From NCBI GenBank assembly GCA_965204735.1, contig OZ242008.1, forward strand, positions 2,240,001-2,304,000: a stretch of 64,000 bases of DNA. The letters run 5' to 3'. A program made the translations under genes and the position numbers. A model generated the notes under the pieces. That model did no database searches. It worked only from the letters and a program-made list of their open reading frames with translations, and had not been told where the DNA came from. Every line of letters starts with the position of its first letter. Positions within the stretch are counted from its first letter, which is position 1. Positions 59,040-64,000 of the stretch are shown in pieces. The stretch is from Longimicrobiales bacterium (lineage in GTDB: Bacteria; Gemmatimonadota; Gemmatimonadetes; Longimicrobiales; Gaopeijiaceae).

Positions 59040-59363
59040 TGACGAATGATACACGCCGGGCCGCCTGGCTGCTACCGTTGCCCTCGTCCCCGGGCCGCGT
59101 GCGTTGACCGGATAGTGATCTCTGCGACCGGATCGTCCTCGCGGCATCGTCCACGGGCGCGTTGACCCCGGCCCGCATGCGGCGGTGACCAGCCGGCGCG
59201 CCCACATTGCTCCACCGCACGCGTTGGCCCGGCGTCGGCCGCCGGCTACCGGCGCGTTGGCCCGAGCGGCGGCGACGCCGTACACTTGGGCCGATCGCAC
59301 ACTTGAGCCGACTCGGCCGGGCGGATGCTCGGCTCCGGCTCCCGATGCCCACGGAGCGTCGAA

Positions 59364-59639
59364 ATGCCCTTCGCCACATGGGTCCGGATCGCCTGGGCCT
59401 ACCACCTCGCCTTCGCCGCGGCCGTCACGTGGCCGGGCCAGACGCTTGTGAACGTCCCGTCGCCCTTCGTGCTCGGGATGCCGCGCCAGATGGCGTGGGT
59501 GGCGGCTTGGCTGGTCGGCAGCCTCCTCGTGCTGTGGCGCATGGAGGCGGCGCGCAGGCGGAGCCGCGGCGAGGCGCCGGCGGGCTCGGCGCACACTCCG
59601 CCCGAGGAATCGGTCAGGCGCGAGCCCTCTGGTGAGTAG
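59364..59639 (+). CDS. Small membrane protein (DUF3311-like partner of sodium:solute symporter)
   Basis: ATG 59364 with GGAG upstream. Two hydrophobic segments and a PFVLGMP motif. Overlaps the start of the symporter gene. Confidence 0.7.
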   Translation: MPFATWVRIAWAYHLAFAAAVTWPGQTLVNVPSPFVLGMPRQMAWVAAWLVGSLLVLWRMEAARRRSRGEAPAGSAHTPPEESVRREPSGE

Positions 59640-61092
59640 GGTCGCGCTCGTCGCCGTCGTCATCGTCGGCTACTTGGCGACGACGCTGGCGGTCGGTCTC
59701 TTGGCGGGCCGCCGGGCGTCCAAGAGCGTCCAGGGCTACGTGGCCGGCGACAGGAACTTCGGCCTGCTGGTCATGTACTTCGTCACCGGGGCGTCGGTCT
59801 TCTCCGCCTTCGCCTTCCTGGGCGGACCCGGCTGGGCGTACTCCCGGGGCGCGGCCGCCTTCTACATCCTTTCCTACGGCGTGCTGGGCATGGCCCCGTG
59901 GTACGCGATCGGACCCAAGGCCGCCGCCCTGGGCCGCCGCTTCGGCTTCGTGACCCAGGCCCAGCTGCTGGTAGGGCGCTTCCCGTCCCGAGGCCTGTCG
60001 ACGCTGATGGCGGCGCTGACGCTGGTTTCGTTCGTGCCCTACGTCGCCATCCAGATGAGGGGCGCTGGGATCGTCGTGGAGGCCGTGACCGACGGGGCCG
60101 TTCCCTTGGCCGCAGGGGCGGCGGTCGCCTACGGGATCGTGATGGTCTACGTCCTGGCGAGCGGCGTGTCGGCTGTGGGATGGACCAACACCTTCCAAGG
60201 CGTCTTCATGCTGACGATCGCATGGGTGCTGGGGATCTACTTGCCCTACCGGCTCTACGGTGGCGTCGGTCCGATGTTCGAGGAGATCCTCGCCGCCCGT
60301 CCCGAGCTGCTGACCGTGCCCGGGCTGGACGGGGACGGTAACGCATGGAGCTGGGGATCGTACTCTTCGGCAATCCTCGTCAGCGCCATCGGCTTCACAA
60401 TGCTTCCCCACCTCTTCATGAAGGCGTTCACCGCAAGGGACGACGACACGATCCGCCGCACGGTCGTGCTCTTCCCCACGTTCCAGCTCTTCCTGATCCC
60501 GGTCTTCCTGATCGGGTTCGCAGGCGTGCTCTTCCCCGAGTCGCCGGAGCGCTCCGACTTCATCCTCCCCTTCTTGATCCTGCGCACCGACCTGCCGGCG
60601 CTGGTGGTGGGACTCTTCTGCGCGGGCGCGCTCTCGGCCTCCATGTCCACCGGCGACGCCCTCCTCCACGCGGGAGCCTCCGTGGTGGTGGAGGACGGCG
60701 TACAGCCTTTCCGCCGGCTCTCGGACAAGGCCCAGCGAAACCTCATTCGCGCACTCGTGGTGGCCGTGGGGGCGGTTGCCTACTGGCTGGCGCTTTCGGA
60801 CTCGTCGTCTCTGGTCGACCTGCTGCTGGCGTCCTACGGGATCATCTGCCAGTTCATGCCAGCCGTGCTGGCGGCGCTGTACTGGCGCCGCGCGACGACC
60901 GCCGGCGTGGTCTCCGGGCTGGTGGCCGGCTCCGCGGTGGCCGCGCTCTTCTTGCTGATGCCCGAGTGGAAGCCGCTGGGCGTTCACGAAGGCATCCTGG
61001 GACTGCTCGTCCACGTCCCGGTGCTGGTGGGCGCGAGCTTGGCCGGGAAGCCCCAGGACCCGGAGCACGCGAGCAGCTACGTGGATGCGTGA
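59632..61092 (+). CDS. Sodium:solute symporter family protein
   Basis: YVAGDRNFG, FSAFAFLGGPGWAYSRG, SAVGWTNTFQG, GALSASMSTGD, LYWRRATTAG; ~13 TM segments. Confidence 0.93.
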   Translation: MSRVALVAVVIVGYLATTLAVGLLAGRRASKSVQGYVAGDRNFGLLVMYFVTGASVFSAFAFLGGPGWAYSRGAAAFYILSYGVLGMAPWYAIGPKAAALGRRFGFVTQAQLLVGRFPSRGLSTLMAALTLVSFVPYVAIQMRGAGIVVEAVTDGAVPLAAGAAVAYGIVMVYVLASGVSAVGWTNTFQGVFMLTIAWVLGIYLPYRLYGGVGPMFEEILAARPELLTVPGLDGDGNAWSWGSYSSAILVSAIGFTMLPHLFMKAFTARDDDTIRRTVVLFPTFQLFLIPVFLIGFAGVLFPESPERSDFILPFLILRTDLPALVVGLFCAGALSASMSTGDALLHAGASVVVEDGVQPFRRLSDKAQRNLIRALVVAVGAVAYWLALSDSSSLVDLLLASYGIICQFMPAVLAALYWRRATTAGVVSGLVAGSAVAALFLLMPEWKPLGVHEGILGLLVHVPVLVGASLAGKPQDPEHASSYVDA

Positions 61093-61490
61093 CTGCGAAG
61101 CCGATGCATGACCCGAAGAGTGCGCGGGACCCGAAGTCGGCGCCGGGCATCGACGCGACCGCCCGCCGGCCGCCGCCGGAGCTGGCGCGCCTTCGCCGGG
61201 AGATTCTGGAGTGCGACCGCGAGCTCGTCACGGTGATCGCCCGCCGGCGCGATCTGGTGCAGCGGGTCGGCAAGCTGAAGCGGCGGCTCGGGCTGCCGGT
61301 GACGGACCCGGCCCGAGAGGCCGCCGTCGCCCGTCACGCCGCCGAGGCGGCTCGCGCCGAGGGAATCGACGACGAAATGGTGCGCGAGCTCGTGTGGAAG
61401 GTCATGGCCTCGGCCCGAGACGAGCAGTCGAAGCCGAGTTCCCCGCCCAACGCCGACGGTTCCAACGCCGACGACCGGCCGCCCCCCTAA
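61089..61490 (+). CDS. Chorismate mutase type II (AroQ-class) domain protein
   Basis: LARLRREILECDRELVTVIARRRDLVQRVGKLKRRLGLPVTDPAREAAV. GTG overlaps the symporter stop; alternative ATG 61104. Confidence 0.8.
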   Translation: MTAKPMHDPKSARDPKSAPGIDATARRPPPELARLRREILECDRELVTVIARRRDLVQRVGKLKRRLGLPVTDPAREAAVARHAAEAARAEGIDDEMVRELVWKVMASARDEQSKPSSPPNADGSNADDRPPP

Positions 61491-61813
61491 CGCTCGTCGA
61501 GCTTGGCGCCCAAGACCTTGACCGCCGCCTTCGTCTCCGCCAGCGCGGCGGACAGCTCTCGATGGTTCTCGTCGACCCGCCTCTCCAGACTATCGATCCG
61601 GGCACCGAGCCGCTTCTCGCCCTCTCCCTGCCGCCTCTCGGCGCGCTGGTCCACCTGGGCGATCTGTTCGGCGAGCCGCTTTTCGCCCTCCGCTCGTCGC
61701 CTTTCGGCCTGCTCGAAGTCTTTTCGACGATCGGCCTTGGCCGCAAAGTGCAACGCGAATGCGGACAGCACGACCGTCGCAATCGTCCAGAAATTGCCTG
61801 GGAGGGTCTCCAT
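61487..61813 (-). CDS. Small membrane-anchored coiled-coil protein
   Basis: AAAGGAG SD. N-terminal TM helix. 22-aa repeat AERRRAEGEKRL / AERRQGEGEKRL. Confidence 0.65.
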   Translation of the reverse strand: METLPGNFWTIATVVLSAFALHFAAKADRRKDFEQAERRRAEGEKRLAEQIAQVDQRAERRQGEGEKRLGARIDSLERRVDENHRELSAALAETKAAVKVLGAKLDER

Positions 61814-61873
61814 CTGGGCTCCTTTCCTGTCCTGCCGGATTACGACCTCGGATTCGGGACGGGCCGCCCTTCC

Positions 61874-62137
61874 CTACGCCGGACCAGGAGGGGCGTAGAC
61901 CGACACCACCCGCCGTCGGCGGAGGTTCTCGAACTTCACTACGCCGTCGGCCTTGGCGAAGAGCGTGTCGTCCCTGCCCCGGCCCACGTTGACGCCGGGA
62001 TGAAACTTGGTGCCCCGCTGGCGGATCAGGATGCTGCCCGCCCGCACGCGCTGTCCCGCGAAGCGCTTGACGCCCAGCCGCTTCGGATTGCTGTCCCGAC
62101 CGTTGCGGGACGACCCCACGCCTTTCTTGTGCGCCAC
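61874..62137 (-). CDS. rpmA: 50S ribosomal protein L27
   Basis: [23 protein letters not shown]...[26 protein letters not shown]. Confidence 0.98.
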   Translation of the reverse strand: MAHKKGVGSSRNGRDSNPKRLGVKRFAGQRVRAGSILIRQRGTKFHPGVNVGRGRDDTLFAKADGVVKFENLRRRRVVSVYAPPGPA

Positions 62138-62152
62138 CTTCAGCCTCCCTGG

Positions 62153-62464
62153 CTAGACGACGATCTCGCCGATGCGGACGACCGTGAACCCCTGCCGGTG
62201 CCCCTGCTTCCGCCGGTACTTCTTCCGCCGCTTCCGCTTGAAGACGACGATCTTCTTGGTGCGGTCGTGAGCCACCACCTCCGCCTTCACCTGCGCCCCC
62301 TCCACGGTGGGCGCGCCCACGGCGATGCGGTCGCCCTCGGACGCCAGCAGCACGTCGTCGAAAGTCACCGTGCTGCCCGGCTCGGCGGCCAACGTGGGCA
62401 CGAGGAGCGTGGCCCCCGGCTCCGCCCGAAACTGCTTCCCCCCGGTCCTGAATACCGCAAACAT
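62153..62464 (-). CDS. rplU: 50S ribosomal protein L21
   Basis: [13 protein letters not shown]...[24 protein letters not shown]; canonical rplU-rpmA order. Confidence 0.98.
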   Translation of the reverse strand: MFAVFRTGGKQFRAEPGATLLVPTLAAEPGSTVTFDDVLLASEGDRIAVGAPTVEGAQVKAEVVAHDRTKKIVVFKRKRRKKYRRKQGHRQGFTVVRIGEIVV

Positions 62465-62568
62465 GAGCGTTCCCTGCGCGTCTGGAGTCGATCCTGCCGC
62501 CCGCCGAGGACGTCCGACGTTCCCGCGGGCTGCAATCCGCGAGAGCGTGAGATGGAACGCCCGCCTTC

Positions 62569-62596
62569 AAGCTACCAAAGGCGGGGCCGAGGTCAA
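62569..62596 (-). promoter_or_regulatory. Putative sigma70 promoter for rplU-rpmA
   Basis: Minus strand TTGACC-16 nt-TAGCTT with extended TG (TGG-TAGCTT), about 100 nt upstream of rplU. Confidence 0.6.
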
Positions 62597-62671
62597 CCTT
62601 GCGGGGCCCCAGACCGGATCTCAGCTTTCCGCGCACGACACTTCCCGCAACCACGACGAGGCAAGGCTTCG

Positions 62672-63907
62672 GTGAACGCATTCGACACGGCCCGGGCTCG
62701 CGTACGGGCAGCCACCATCGCCGTCCTCGCCGTCGCGCTCCTCGGCGGCTGCGAAAGTTCCTCTTCCGGCGACGGGGCGATCGTTCGCGACACCTTGCCG
62801 TCGGGCGTCGAGCGCGTCGTCAGCACGCCCCCTGCGACACCCGGATGGACCTTGGTCGAGGAGATGCGGATCGGCACGGCCGGCGGCGAAGGAGCCGAGT
62901 CGTTCGCCAGGCTCAAGGGCTTGGCGGTCCTGGACGACGGACGGGTCGCCGTGCTGGAGTCCCTGGCCGGGGAAGTCCGCGTGTTCGGCTCGGACGGCGC
63001 CTACTTGGCAACCCACGGTCGGGCCGGCGAGGGACCCGGCGAGTTCCAGGACGCCAACGGGCTGATGCTGGCGCCGGACGGCCGCCTATGGGTGGCCGAC
63101 GAACGCGCCGGGCGCATCTCCGTCTTCGACGCGGAGAACGGGTTCGTCGATTCGTTCCGCTTCGAAACTTCCGCGTTCCACTGGCTTTGGCGCGGCCGGA
63201 TGGCGTCCGACGGGCGCGTCTTCTACCCCGCCGAGGAAGGCGAGAGCTCTCGTTGGCGCAACGTCCTCCGCGTCTACGACCAGACGATGACCGAAGCGAC
63301 GTCGCTGCCGATGCCGGGCAGCGTCGACTTCAGCGATCCATTGGACCAGCCTTCGGCGTTCTGCTGGTCGTTCTCCGGCGGCATGGGGTGCAGGGGCGTG
63401 CCGTGGTATGCCGGCGAAGTCGTGCACATCGACCCGTCGGGCGACGTCTGGTCCACCACCGGCGGCAGCCCCGCCTATCGGATCGCCAAGTGGACCCCCG
63501 GCGGCGACACCGCGTTCGCGGCTGTGGTGGAGCGGGCGCCGGTCCCGGTCTCTCCGGCGGAGCGGGACTCGGCGGAGGCCGTGATCCGCGAAGGAGCGCC
63601 GGACGGCGTGGATTTCGATCTGTCCCGGATCCCCGACGTCAAGCCGCTGGTGCTGGACGTCTTCACCTCCGCCGAAGGGTACGCATGGGTCCGCACCCCC
63701 CTGCCCGACGTCGAGACGGCGTTCGACGTGCTCGCGCCGGACGGCGGCCTGACGCGCACGGTGACCTGGGGAACGCGCTTGTCGGCGGACGTCGAGCCGG
63801 TGGTGCGGGGCAGTTTCCTGTGGGCGGTGGTGGTGGACGAGCTGGGCGTGCAGTTCGTGGTCAGGGCTCGGGTCTCGCCGGCGACGGGAAGCGACGCCGC
63901 AGGATAA
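62672..63907 (+). CDS. Lipoprotein with NHL-like/6-bladed beta-propeller
   Basis: Signal with lipobox LLGGC. RIGTAGGEG, VRVFGSDG..LATHGRAGEGPGEF, LWVADERAGRISVFD, and C-terminal DELGVQFVVR. GTG start at 62672 inferred. Confidence 0.8.
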   Translation: MNAFDTARARVRAATIAVLAVALLGGCESSSSGDGAIVRDTLPSGVERVVSTPPATPGWTLVEEMRIGTAGGEGAESFARLKGLAVLDDGRVAVLESLAGEVRVFGSDGAYLATHGRAGEGPGEFQDANGLMLAPDGRLWVADERAGRISVFDAENGFVDSFRFETSAFHWLWRGRMASDGRVFYPAEEGESSRWRNVLRVYDQTMTEATSLPMPGSVDFSDPLDQPSAFCWSFSGGMGCRGVPWYAGEVVHIDPSGDVWSTTGGSPAYRIAKWTPGGDTAFAAVVERAPVPVSPAERDSAEAVIREGAPDGVDFDLSRIPDVKPLVLDVFTSAEGYAWVRTPLPDVETAFDVLAPDGGLTRTVTWGTRLSADVEPVVRGSFLWAVVVDELGVQFVVRARVSPATGSDAAG

Positions 63908-64000
63908 GGAAGCCGGCGCAGCCGGAAGACGACGGCGCCCGCCGCAGGACGCCGGACCCTACGCCGTTCGGTACTTCTCCGTCACGTCCACTTGGGCCTT

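Noticed and set aside
59150..59663. N-terminal extension of the 13,585-aa ORF
   Set aside because: Low-complexity translation that overlaps the plus-strand membrane protein and symporter genes. The signal peptide lies downstream of the poly-C.
61211..62671. Upstream part of the 898-aa plus-strand ORF
   Set aside because: Antisense to rplU, rpmA and the coiled-coil gene. The real lipoprotein starts near 62672.
1..64000. tRNA, rRNA, transposase, integrase or invertase genes
   Set aside because: None recognised by eye, so there is no evidence for site-specific inversion (shufflon) control in this window.

Overview
Very GC-rich bacterial DNA. The L21/L27 sequences, the nfeD-floA operon, a beta-propeller lipoprotein and giant autotransporters suggest a host-associated Gemmatimonadota-like organism; this is inference, not verified. 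About 47 kb of the 64 kb is taken up by two paralogous giant surface-protein genes on the minus strand. Gene B (18906-~59039, ~13,400 aa) is complete: signal peptide, 6 FN3 domains, ~90 Ig-like ~125-aa repeats with DxDxDG motifs, 5 cadherin domains and a C-terminal autotransporter-like barrel. Gene A (~7331 to beyond base 1) is only the N-terminal >2,400 aa and is absent from the ORF track because it has no stop inside the window. Both genes carry a 21-nt poly-C tract in frame a few codons after a candidate start, which suggests slipped-strand ON/OFF phase variation. They share a collinear higher-order repeat (3039-bp period in gene B) and differ in discrete hypervariable domains: FN3-flanked variant cassettes in B and Cys-loop variant domains in A. 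Together this looks like a phase-variable, recombining giant-adhesin repertoire. Between the two genes lie a lipoprotein, nfeD-floA-hypothetical, a five-gene acyl-CoA beta-oxidation operon (crotonase, ALDH, thiolase, 3-hydroxyacyl-CoA dehydrogenase, crotonase) and ComEC-like MBL + DUF3006-like genes. The right end holds a small membrane protein, a sodium:solute symporter, chorismate mutase, a coiled-coil protein, rpmA, rplU and a beta-propeller lipoprotein. The housekeeping region shows recurrent ~70-80 bp duplications at gene junctions, two of which create translationally coupled mini-ORFs.
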